From a bacterium (GTDB lineage Bacteria > SZUA-182 > DTGQ01 > JAFGSM01): a DNA stretch of 64,000 nt. The stretch's first letter is position 1; every line of letters begins with the position of its first letter. The DNA lies in contig JBLIRO010000003.1 of NCBI GenBank assembly GCA_049472335.1, forward strand, positions 32,001-96,000. The letters are read 5' to 3'. The notes below the pieces were generated by a model. That model made no database searches. It was not told the origin of the DNA and worked only from the letters and a program-made list of their open reading frames with translations. Of the stretch, positions 26,450-35,856 are shown piece by piece. The position numbers and the translations under genes were made by a program.

Positions 26450-29335
26450 ATGGATGTTAATGATTCAAAATTTCATCTCTTATTAAACCGGGATGACTGG
26501 TTAGGCAGGAATGATAATGCCTTTTCTGACACCAATACTGATCTTCCCCGCGGGGCGGATTTGTCGTGGGACGAAGAATGGAATGCCCTCAGCCTTCAAC
26601 CACTGCTCTTTATATTTCCGACACCTCCGGACGACAGGCTATATAATCCTGAGGACAGACGCGGTGCAGGCCGTGACAGGTATGGAACATGGTACTGGAT
26701 TGATGAAAATAGAACAGAGATACGATTTCTTACGGCCATGGATAAAAGCTCGAAACATTTTTGGTCGGCTGAGGATCAGACCATACCATTAAAAAAGGAA
26801 AAAGAGCCCGGCGATTTTCAACCTGTGCCACAAACACAATCCCCTGTTTCTTTAGAGTTCAGCGGTCTGGCATTAACTGAGGATCATTACCTTGTAGTGG
26901 GAGTTCAGGATCCGGGCGGGCTTCTTATCTTTGATCTGCATGCCGGAGGACCACCTGCATATATATTCTGGCCCTTAAAAATTCCATTTGCCCCTTACGA
27001 TATAGCACCGGCACCGGGAGGTGGCGTATGGGTCCTGGACAGAGAAGAGGCACGCTATTGGGCACTGGATCAGTATTTCAGACCAATTGATGCCAATCAT
27101 GGAAAGGAATCGCCTGGTCCCGGGGACTTCCGGTCCGCCACAAGTTCTATGCCGGATATGGAAGGCAGGTCTTTTTCTACAGGGATCTCCATTGATATGG
27201 CATTATTCATAAATGCATTTAATCCGAGGGCCATCGAGGCACTACCTGATGGTACTGTCTTGATTCTTGATATCGACCAGAATGGGCATTCAATTGTTTA
27301 TCGTTACCGCCTGGACCTCCAATTAGGGACCGGCGCTGATCTGGATGATATAACCAGAGACTTCTTTGAGGAAATCCCTGACTCCTTTAATCCTTATGCC
27401 ATAAAAGGTCATGATATGGCCTTTGTTCCTGCTTCGGACTTCAATACAAAGCATGTAGCAGGGACCTTATATATAGTTACGTCCGATGGAAATCAGGCCT
27501 TTGCCTTTGATCTTAAAGCAGATGACAAGAACCTTACCCTGAGCGTTTTGCCCGGATACTTTCCCATGAGACATTTTAGCGGAAAAGCCCTCATAACCTC
27601 TGACAACGATGTCTTTTATGATTTACAGAACCGCTGGATACCCCTTAAGGAAAAACCCAAACCTCGTTATAAATCCAACGGTTTTCTGGAAACCCGAATC
27701 TTCGATGGTAAAGAAACTGACTGTGTCTGGCACAGGATGTTTACAGATGGATTCATTCCTTCAGGCACAGGGATAAAGGTGGAAAGCAGGTCATCAAATG
27801 ATCCTGATATGTGTCTGCGGATGCCATGGCAGCCTGAGCCAAACCTCTATCGCAGGTGTAATGGCATAGAGCTGCCATATTCCCATACCTTCTCTGAGGA
27901 AGAAGTTAAGATGGACGGGGCAGGAACCTGGGAGTTGCTTTTACAGAATGTCCAGGGCAGATATATGCAGCTTCGGTTGACCCTGGAGGGAACAGGGAAA
28001 AGCACACCCAGGCTGCGTGCCCTGAGAGTATATTATCCAAGGTTTTCTTACCTAAAGGAATATCTTCCGGTTGTCTATCAGGAAGATAAAACCTCTGCTT
28101 CATTTTTAGAGCGTTTTCTTGCCAATACGGAAGGATTATATACAGTATTGGAGAGTAAAATTGAGCAGGCACAGACCCTTTTTGACATAAAAACCACTGC
28201 AGCAGAGTATTTGAACTGGCTGGCAGAATGGATCGGAGCGGTTTTAGACCCTGCCTGGGATGAGGAAAGACGAAGGTTTTTCCTTTCCCATGCAATGGAA
28301 CTTTTTAATCAGAGGGGCACACTGACTGGTTTAATCCGGGCTATTCGCCTGGCAACTGATCCTTGTCCAGACAATATGCTCTTTAGCGAAGATATTTTAG
28401 ATGGAATTTTCCGGGCCAAAGGCATCTGTAATTCTTTCCAATGCACCTTTCGCTATCCTGTTTACATTATAGAGGGATTTCTTACCCGCACTTCACAAGC
28501 CATGATATATAAAGATCCTGATCAGACAGAGACGCCCGGCATAACATCGGATCAGGAAGAATGGAACCCGGAAATGGGCGCCTCAACCCTGCACAATCGA
28601 TATCAGAAATATCTAAAGAAAAAATATACAGATATAAAAGATCTTAATAAAGCCTGGGAAAAAGAGACAGATTACAATCAGTTTGAGGAAATCCTGTTTT
28701 CTCCGGTCAAGCCCTCTAATGCCAATGAAGCAAAAGATTGGAAGGGTTTTTTTAAAACAGGCACGGTATTCAACTATACAGCCGTTAATCCTTCTTATTA
28801 TCCGGACCTGATTTCATACCGAGCCTTTCTTGAACGGCGATACAGACAAATAAACCAATTGAATAAGGTATATCAACTTACCGGGGAACATGCCCTGGCC
28901 TCCTTTGAGGAAATAGAATTCCCTGGCGAGGATGATATGCCTTCCGGAGGTTACAGGCTCTATGACTGGATACATTTCGTTTTGCTGGTGCTCCCGATCA
29001 AGCGCCGTGCCCACCGTTTTACAGTATTATTCCCAATTGATATCAAGAGCACCCCTGAAGAGAGAAAACAAGGATTGGATCTGATCCGTCATATTGTCGA
29101 GCTGGAAAAGCCTGCTCATGTCACTTTTGAAGTAAAGCCCTATTGGGCCCTTTTTAGGGTAGGATGGGCTCGATTGGGCCTTGACACCATTGTCGGCGAA
29201 GGCAGCCGTTTCGTAGCCTTGTGTTTGGGAAGAGACTATATGGGAGATGGTTATGTAACTTCATTTCATCCGTGGAATATTCCCAACAGAATTGTTGTAG
29301 ATCGGGATCATATTGATTCCGGAATGATTTTATAA
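26450..29335 (+). CDS. Baseplate wedge protein with P2 gpI-like tail domain
   Basis: YLPVVYQED...FLERFLAN, YLNWLAEWIG, RGTLTGL, AHRFTV, ELEKPAH; large beta-rich N-terminal region. Confidence 0.8.
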   Translation: MDVNDSKFHLLLNRDDWLGRNDNAFSDTNTDLPRGADLSWDEEWNALSLQPLLFIFPTPPDDRLYNPEDRRGAGRDRYGTWYWIDENRTEIRFLTAMDKSSKHFWSAEDQTIPLKKEKEPGDFQPVPQTQSPVSLEFSGLALTEDHYLVVGVQDPGGLLIFDLHAGGPPAYIFWPLKIPFAPYDIAPAPGGGVWVLDREEARYWALDQYFRPIDANHGKESPGPGDFRSATSSMPDMEGRSFSTGISIDMALFINAFNPRAIEALPDGTVLILDIDQNGHSIVYRYRLDLQLGTGADLDDITRDFFEEIPDSFNPYAIKGHDMAFVPASDFNTKHVAGTLYIVTSDGNQAFAFDLKADDKNLTLSVLPGYFPMRHFSGKALITSDNDVFYDLQNRWIPLKEKPKPRYKSNGFLETRIFDGKETDCVWHRMFTDGFIPSGTGIKVESRSSNDPDMCLRMPWQPEPNLYRRCNGIELPYSHTFSEEEVKMDGAGTWELLLQNVQGRYMQLRLTLEGTGKSTPRLRALRVYYPRFSYLKEYLPVVYQEDKTSASFLERFLANTEGLYTVLESKIEQAQTLFDIKTTAAEYLNWLAEWIGAVLDPAWDEERRRFFLSHAMELFNQRGTLTGLIRAIRLATDPCPDNMLFSEDILDGIFRAKGICNSFQCTFRYPVYIIEGFLTRTSQAMIYKDPDQTETPGITSDQEEWNPEMGASTLHNRYQKYLKKKYTDIKDLNKAWEKETDYNQFEEILFSPVKPSNANEAKDWKGFFKTGTVFNYTAVNPSYYPDLISYRAFLERRYRQINQLNKVYQLTGEHALASFEEIEFPGEDDMPSGGYRLYDWIHFVLLVLPIKRRAHRFTVLFPIDIKSTPEERKQGLDLIRHIVELEKPAHVTFEVKPYWALFRVGWARLGLDTIVGEGSRFVALCLGRDYMGDGYVTSFHPWNIPNRIVVDRDHIDSGMIL

Positions 29336-29363
29336 AGGATTCTAACTCCAAGGAGAATTGAAT

Positions 29364-30818
29364 ATGAATGATTTTAATAGTGTCATATCAAGACAAAATC
29401 AGTTAGATCCCTTAAAACGGGTTAATTATACCAAGGGGTTGGTCCTGGGTGTTGATGAATTTGAACAAGAGCAATTTTACTTAATGGAACGGGACCACCT
29501 TCAGAACAGGGCCCTTCATGGTTACGGCACCATATGGGGATTAGATGTTTCTGTTTGCGGCAGCCCTGAAGATCCTGAGGTAATGGTCTCTCCCGGATTG
29601 GCCTTGGACACTTCCGGCCGGATGATTAATGTTACAACAGCTCAATGCGCACATCTGAATGCATGGCTTACAAAAAACAAAGATTCTGTTATGAATTACA
29701 TTGGTTCTCCTCCTGGCAGCCTCACTATCCATGTGGTTCTTAGATATAAAGAATGTGAGACCGATACGGTTCCCATCCCTGGGGAGCCATGTCGCTCGCA
29801 GGAAGATATTATGGCGCCCTCCCGAATCTCTGATTATTTTGATCTGTCATTGCAACTTGAGCCCCCACTCCAATCAGAAGAAGATATTTTAAGATGCTTT
29901 GGAAGACTTCTCAGCCGGATTGAGATCACAACAGTACCGGGGGATTTCATCACGCAACAGGAGATGGAGGATCTTGTGCGAGACCTCATTGAGTATCAAG
30001 GATCGCCGCCGGATTACTCTCCCCCTGAGACCGGTTCGCCACCCGGTTATACAACTTTACGTGTGCATCCTGATGAGGCATATGACATCCTGAGTGCTGC
30101 ATTTCGAGTATGGATTACAGAGGTGCGGCCTACCCTTTTAACAAAAAACAGACAGTATGATTCTGATCCTTCGGATGAATCCTGTGTTTTATTGGCGCAG
30201 ATTTCTTTTACAGTCATAGAAACGGATAATCCGCTGAAGGTAGAAGGTGATATAAATATAAATCAAAACTTACGCCCTCTCCTGATCCAGACTCGTCTGT
30301 TACAGGAATGGCTGCTGACCGGAAAATTCGGTCAAACAGCAAATTTCCCATACAGTAGCGATAATGAACCGCTTAACGGCCAGATTCTTATTTGGGAATC
30401 CATGTCGCCAGGGCAATGGAAGCCCAAAAACCTAATTTTTCTTCCATTGGTTACTATTAATGAAATGGATACAAAAAAATTTGAAGTATGGTTTAATATA
30501 GGTCTATCAGAAAATATTATTGAAATAAAGGTTTTTGATACCCTCAAAGTTATGGAGGAATTAATAGATGGTTCCCTGAAAGAGATAAGGATTAAGAGTA
30601 TAAGTAGACGTCAGCAGTGGAATAACATATTTGATTTGGAGCTTAATAGAGTACCTTCATCTCAATTTTTACGCTTCATGTTTGACATTAGTGGTATCGA
30701 ATTGACCGATAATAGATCTTCCAACACCATTGCGGAATATGCAGGGAGAGAAGCCATCAGATTCTTGGGGCAGGATAGCCAAAATATTGTTACAGCTTTT
30801 GTGCGCAGAAAAGGCTAA
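29364..30818 (+). CDS. Putative tail fibre / baseplate-attached protein 1
   Basis: RBS AAGGAG, ATG 29364; RVNYTKGLVLGVDEFEQEQ...LHGYGTIWGL...VSPGLALD..GR N-terminal domain; fibre-type motif PLNGQILIW...QWKP. Confidence 0.6.
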   Translation: MNDFNSVISRQNQLDPLKRVNYTKGLVLGVDEFEQEQFYLMERDHLQNRALHGYGTIWGLDVSVCGSPEDPEVMVSPGLALDTSGRMINVTTAQCAHLNAWLTKNKDSVMNYIGSPPGSLTIHVVLRYKECETDTVPIPGEPCRSQEDIMAPSRISDYFDLSLQLEPPLQSEEDILRCFGRLLSRIEITTVPGDFITQQEMEDLVRDLIEYQGSPPDYSPPETGSPPGYTTLRVHPDEAYDILSAAFRVWITEVRPTLLTKNRQYDSDPSDESCVLLAQISFTVIETDNPLKVEGDININQNLRPLLIQTRLLQEWLLTGKFGQTANFPYSSDNEPLNGQILIWESMSPGQWKPKNLIFLPLVTINEMDTKKFEVWFNIGLSENIIEIKVFDTLKVMEELIDGSLKEIRIKSISRRQQWNNIFDLELNRVPSSQFLRFMFDISGIELTDNRSSNTIAEYAGREAIRFLGQDSQNIVTAFVRRKG

Positions 30819-30847
30819 TAAGCTAATAGAATAAAGGGGTAAATATT

Positions 30848-32206
30848 ATGAATGCAATAGAATTGCTTACACCGATACTAGAAGGGGGTATATATAATAC
30901 CAATTTTTTCAATGGCCGCCTCCTGACTGCAGAAGATCTAAGACTTGAGCAGGAGGCAAACAGTAAACAGCACATGCAGATAGGCCAGGCCATAGGCGAA
31001 GGTGTGGCCTATGGCATGGAAGTCAGCATTGTCTCAGACGGCTCGAACGGAAATCCCCCGATTGTTCATATAACCAAAGGGCTTGCCCTGAACCGCAGAG
31101 GGAAGGCGCTCGTTCTCCCTGAAGATACTGATGTTGCTTTATATACAGAAAAGAAAACCGTTGTCACAGGAACAGGCCATTTCGCCGAGTGTGAATTACC
31201 CGAACTGACAGCAACTCCCACTGGCATAGGGACATATATCCTGGTTGCAGCCCCAGCATCAGGTTATGACGGAAGAGCACCGGTAAGTTGCTCGGATAAA
31301 AAAGAGCGAACTATAGAGTGTGGCAGGCGTTACTCAATACAGGGTGTGCGTTTCAGGCTAGTCAAGCTGGATATAGATAATCCGGCAGTTGTTGTTGGCC
31401 CAATTGGAAATGAACTTCGGCTTCTTATAAAAAAGGAGTATAAACCCAGCCTGTCCAAATTTCGCAACTTATTGGCTTTTCTCTGTTTGAATTGTTCTAA
31501 AACAGCAGATTTAACAAAAGACCTGCTTCATAATCTTACAAGCAGCAAGACAGCTCAAGGAGAAAACCCTCTGGATATTTTACGAAGTCAGGGCTTTTTA
31601 ACATACTGTGATATCCCATTGGCCCTTATTTATTGGCCAGATAATATCATCCGGTTCATAGACATGTGGTCTGTGCGCCGCAGAATCAATCCTTTGTTTT
31701 CTATATTTAACAATGTTACCTTCCCTGTCACAGAAAAACAGATTGTAGAGGCAGAGGCATCTTTTTTCCAATTTCAAATCCAAATTGCGGAGTTGACAAA
31801 TACAAATATTACACAAAGCCAACTGGAACAGATTGAAGCCGGAAATTACTTTAGATATCTGCCTGCTGTAGGGGTGATACCAGAACGAACCGTGACAAAG
31901 AAAGGTTTGGACTACTTAAAATTTTTTAACGGATTAAAATTCAGAAATCCAGTCTTTATAAATGGCGCCCAAGTTCAATCACTCTTTCACTCTTCCCTCT
32001 TTTATGAGCCTATTGATGTGCAGAGCAAGGAACTGATATGGCTGTACCGCGTTCGCGAAAACAGGCAGCAATTGGCTGGCATAACATTAACTCAGCAGCC
32101 TTACCTGATATTTGCCAACGGGCATATTTTATTTAAGGGAGATGCCCAGTATAATCTGGCCCGTTGGAACTACAGTAACTACGGACCAGGCCTGGCTGCA
32201 AGATGA
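30848..32206 (+). CDS. Putative tail fibre / baseplate-attached protein 2 (N-terminus paralogous to the previous gene)
   Basis: NFFNGRLLTAEDLRLEQ...IGEGVAYGM...ITKGLALNRRG aligns by eye with the N-terminus of 29364..30818. Confidence 0.6.
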   Translation: MNAIELLTPILEGGIYNTNFFNGRLLTAEDLRLEQEANSKQHMQIGQAIGEGVAYGMEVSIVSDGSNGNPPIVHITKGLALNRRGKALVLPEDTDVALYTEKKTVVTGTGHFAECELPELTATPTGIGTYILVAAPASGYDGRAPVSCSDKKERTIECGRRYSIQGVRFRLVKLDIDNPAVVVGPIGNELRLLIKKEYKPSLSKFRNLLAFLCLNCSKTADLTKDLLHNLTSSKTAQGENPLDILRSQGFLTYCDIPLALIYWPDNIIRFIDMWSVRRRINPLFSIFNNVTFPVTEKQIVEAEASFFQFQIQIAELTNTNITQSQLEQIEAGNYFRYLPAVGVIPERTVTKKGLDYLKFFNGLKFRNPVFINGAQVQSLFHSSLFYEPIDVQSKELIWLYRVRENRQQLAGITLTQQPYLIFANGHILFKGDAQYNLARWNYSNYGPGLAAR

Positions 32207-32221
32207 TGGGAGGATAAAAAT

Positions 32222-33370
32222 ATGGCAATAAATTTAGAACCTGTCAATCGTGGAGACCTGATCACGGCTGAATTCATAAATGACATAGTGGCTGCCATCA
32301 AAGCTTTGGATATGAAGGTGTCCGCGTTGGAAGCTGTAACTATACTTGATACAAATATCCATATAACGGCAATATTCCCGGATCCTGTACGGGTTGGTCA
32401 GACATTGACAATAGTGGGGAAAAATTTTGATTTTTCCATAGGGGCTCATCGTGTCTATATTGACAGTATCCGCATAGTTGCATATCAGCCTGGATCTAGT
32501 GATAATCAATTGATCTTTAATGTCCCGGCAATACCACGCCTTCCCGCTTTAGGAAGACAAGTAACATTAACGGCCAGTAATAAAAGCTCCAGCATTAGTA
32601 AAACAATAACTGTTTTACCTGTTCAGCAGGTCTTGCAGGGCAATGTGGACGTGTCTTATCTTTCCACTTTCCCGGCAACGATTATTGAGGGAGATAGTTT
32701 AACATTTCATTTTCGATTGATCTCTCGTACCAATCTACCAGCCGATTTTCTCATAACTCCCAATATATCAATAACATCCTGGCAGCCAAATCTACAGGTA
32801 AGGGACGATTCATCAGTTGTGATCCCTTCTCGTATAATTCATCTGGAGAAATATCAAGAGGAGGGCTCAGAGAAGGATTTTGAGATTCACCTTCCAAATG
32901 TGCCGGCAGGTACATCCGGCACCGATTTTACCCTTACAGTAAATGCTGAGGCGGACAGTGTAAAGGGGTCATCTGGTTTACTCAAATTTACAGTAGGGTC
33001 ACCAGTTCCAGAGCCTGACCCAAATATCGAACTTACTTATTCTATTTTTCCTTCTAGTGCCCTTATTGGAGATACGATTCAGCTTGCTGGAGGCACAGGA
33101 GAGGCAATACTTAGTATGATTGCAGATTTTAAGGTAACCGGGCATTGTGATTTAACAATTACCCTCTCTGAAACAACAAGCAATTGGGATGTGACACCCA
33201 ATTTTGGCACACCATCATCATTTGATATCAATCCTGCACAACCTATGACCTTAGAGTTCACTATAAGCCCACAGTCAGGTGCGAGCAACACAGGTGAGGT
33301 GGAGTTCCGGTTGCAACGCGTTGATGAAACACGAAGCCAAAGCCTTATTTTTCATTTGCTAAAGCTATAA
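32222..33370 (+). CDS. IPT/TIG and Ig-like domain protein (putative receptor-binding appendage)
   Basis: PVNRGDLITAEFIN plus short coiled coil, then ITAIFPDPVRVGQTLTIVGKNF...LIFNVP (IPT pattern) and further beta-sandwich regions. Confidence 0.65.
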   Translation: MAINLEPVNRGDLITAEFINDIVAAIKALDMKVSALEAVTILDTNIHITAIFPDPVRVGQTLTIVGKNFDFSIGAHRVYIDSIRIVAYQPGSSDNQLIFNVPAIPRLPALGRQVTLTASNKSSSISKTITVLPVQQVLQGNVDVSYLSTFPATIIEGDSLTFHFRLISRTNLPADFLITPNISITSWQPNLQVRDDSSVVIPSRIIHLEKYQEEGSEKDFEIHLPNVPAGTSGTDFTLTVNAEADSVKGSSGLLKFTVGSPVPEPDPNIELTYSIFPSSALIGDTIQLAGGTGEAILSMIADFKVTGHCDLTITLSETTSNWDVTPNFGTPSSFDINPAQPMTLEFTISPQSGASNTGEVEFRLQRVDETRSQSLIFHLLKL

Positions 33371-33547
33371 GCAAAATTTGGAGGTTTCCTTTACCATTGA
33401 TATTCTTTTCCATGTTTTTCTATTGATATAAATAAATTTCTCAAGGAACCGGGAGATTTAAGATATCAGATTGTGACTATTAGAAATTATATTTTCTCTG
33501 GGAAATAACAGTGATTTTCTGATATCAATATTAGAAAGGAGTAAAAA

Positions 33548-35743
33548 ATGAAGAAGAACATTATTGAATCATTATGGAGAATAAGATTTTCTCTTTCCTT
33601 TGTCATTACTATTTTAATGATAGCCTTATGGACCGGGCTCATTGTTTTGAGTCCTTTTATTGCCAAAGTAAATGCCCAGACCATCTGCATTCCCTATGCA
33701 GGGGGTGTGCCATACCTTTCAGGCCCGCCTAACTGGTGGAACAATACACTCATGCCACCTCAATACCACCCTTATATTCACGGAATCAGCATCGGCAAGG
33801 AGGATGATCCCCGTTGGGAGGGGTCCCTTAGTATTACATATCAGACACATCAAGTGGTTTTTCGAGCCTTACACTATACTGGAACTAACAGCCTTTATCT
33901 TTCCTGGTATGTACAGGTTGATCCATCTCTGGATAACCAATTTGATAAAATGTGGGTAGGGTTTAGACCGGATTCAGGATTAGATGAACCAGTTGCTATT
34001 GAAATTGTTCCGTATACAGGACCAATTAATAAAGAGGCTGAGCCCCCGAGCATAATCGAAGTATATGAGAAGGATTCTATAGCCGGACCCACAGTATGGA
34101 ATCTGCAATCCGCTCCAACATGGCTTGGGGACACTAAGGTCTGGGTTAAGATAGATCCACCTTATAAATGGGCTATAAATATGAGAGTCCAGATTGACAA
34201 TGCTGGCTTGCCAACTGGGATCAATCTCGGCACTTCCTTTGGAATGTGGTATCAAGTTAATGTAGCAACCCCTGGAGGTATTATTACTTACAAGTGGCCC
34301 CAGGCAATTGCCGATTTAACTGCGACCCCTCCTGATCCTGCTGGTTGGGGTGATGTTCTTCTTGGTGCAGTTGGAGATCCGGCCTGCGTAGGTGGTGTTT
34401 CTCTTGCCAGCCTTGATATCGGCACAAGGAATCTCGATAGTCATGAAATAAAGATAACACAGCCAAATACCTTTTTTGCAGAACCCTTAAATAACACAGG
34501 TTTACAAATCCCGGCAAATTGGATAAAAGCTAAGTTCAGAATAGCAAACTGGGGCTCAGTACCAGCTACTACAGATCCTGATCAGCTTTGGACAACCATT
34601 TCAGGTCCTTGTGTGGGAGGTGGTGGTAGTGGAGGCCTTTGTGATAACAACGCACCTATCCCGAATGGTACTAAAGGTGTAATTGAAATGACCTGGAGCC
34701 TTAATAATTGTGAACAATGGGAATTTATGCCAGCAACAGAGCCATGCCCGCAAGGGTGTGTCTGTGACCCAGCGAAAAAGAAAAGACGTCATCAATGTAT
34801 GTTGGTTGAACTTTCATCAGAACAAAATGTTATTTTTACAAATAGTAGCGTTTACAGAAATATGGACTTTGTTGATGCCTCTGAATTTAGCAGGGATGCG
34901 GATATTAGTATCAAAGGCCTTATACCCATTCCGGGTGGAGGAGACACTCGTGATGTTTATCTATATGTGGAAACAGAAAACATGCCAAAGAGCATGAGAG
35001 AGGGAAAAGGGACATATGGTTTTCCTCCTATAGTTGCCCAATATGGGACGGGCTACAGTTCAGGGCAGTATGGATCAACCAATTGGGGACTCTACCAAGG
35101 CGGGGGAAACTATCAATATGGTCTCAGGGGATCTCCTTCAAACAATAATATATATGCTTATAATGCTGCCCTACGACGAGCAGCTAATATGGATTTCCTT
35201 AATGAAGAAGACACCGAAGTTGAAAATATGCCAAAATATGTAGTCCATGTATATCATGACACAGGGGAAAAGGTTCTTATTAATGGGGCAGAACATTCAG
35301 TCCTGACCCCTCAGATTCCCTTTGGCTATTATGTAAGGCATGAGGGTGAAATCTTGGGCTGGAAACATAGTTTGACCGGTGCTGATGGCGCTGTTTTGAC
35401 TGAGATTGCACCAAATTTCTATAAAATAGCGATAGAAAATGATGGAGTTGCCGTTGTCACCACTTCTATAGAGGCTGTTGAATCCCGGCCTCCTGCCATT
35501 ACATACGGAACAAATTGTTATTCTTATAACACATCATATTACAATACTTATTATATTTCCAACTTATTAATAACACGGAATTTTCCTAGTATCTTCCCCA
35601 TTTATTCAAGTTATTATTATGGTTATCCTACAGTAAATTACTTCTGTTATCCAATTGCTTGTAACGTCTACAAAGCATATACTTTTTGTCCTAATTCATG
35701 CTGTCTTTTTATGGATAAAATGCTTTTTAACTTCTTCTATTAA
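33548..35743 (+). CDS. Exported hypothetical protein, Cys-rich, with Tyr-rich C-terminal tail
   Basis: RBS AAGGAG; hydrophobic N-terminus ending VNA-Q; Cys cluster CEQW...CPQGCVC...HQC; Tyr/Cys-rich last ~80 aa. Confidence 0.7.
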   Translation: MKKNIIESLWRIRFSLSFVITILMIALWTGLIVLSPFIAKVNAQTICIPYAGGVPYLSGPPNWWNNTLMPPQYHPYIHGISIGKEDDPRWEGSLSITYQTHQVVFRALHYTGTNSLYLSWYVQVDPSLDNQFDKMWVGFRPDSGLDEPVAIEIVPYTGPINKEAEPPSIIEVYEKDSIAGPTVWNLQSAPTWLGDTKVWVKIDPPYKWAINMRVQIDNAGLPTGINLGTSFGMWYQVNVATPGGIITYKWPQAIADLTATPPDPAGWGDVLLGAVGDPACVGGVSLASLDIGTRNLDSHEIKITQPNTFFAEPLNNTGLQIPANWIKAKFRIANWGSVPATTDPDQLWTTISGPCVGGGGSGGLCDNNAPIPNGTKGVIEMTWSLNNCEQWEFMPATEPCPQGCVCDPAKKKRRHQCMLVELSSEQNVIFTNSSVYRNMDFVDASEFSRDADISIKGLIPIPGGGDTRDVYLYVETENMPKSMREGKGTYGFPPIVAQYGTGYSSGQYGSTNWGLYQGGGNYQYGLRGSPSNNNIYAYNAALRRAANMDFLNEEDTEVENMPKYVVHVYHDTGEKVLINGAEHSVLTPQIPFGYYVRHEGEILGWKHSLTGADGAVLTEIAPNFYKIAIENDGVAVVTTSIEAVESRPPAITYGTNCYSYNTSYYNTYYISNLLITRNFPSIFPIYSSYYYGYPTVNYFCYPIACNVYKAYTFCPNSCCLFMDKMLFNFFY

Positions 35744-35856
35744 CAAATGTGAACCTATAAGAGTATAGATTATATGATTTCATGTACTGACAATTTTTTA
35801 TTAAATGCTTTTATTGTCTGTCATCCTTCTCCAATTTTGGTTTAGGAGTATATTTG

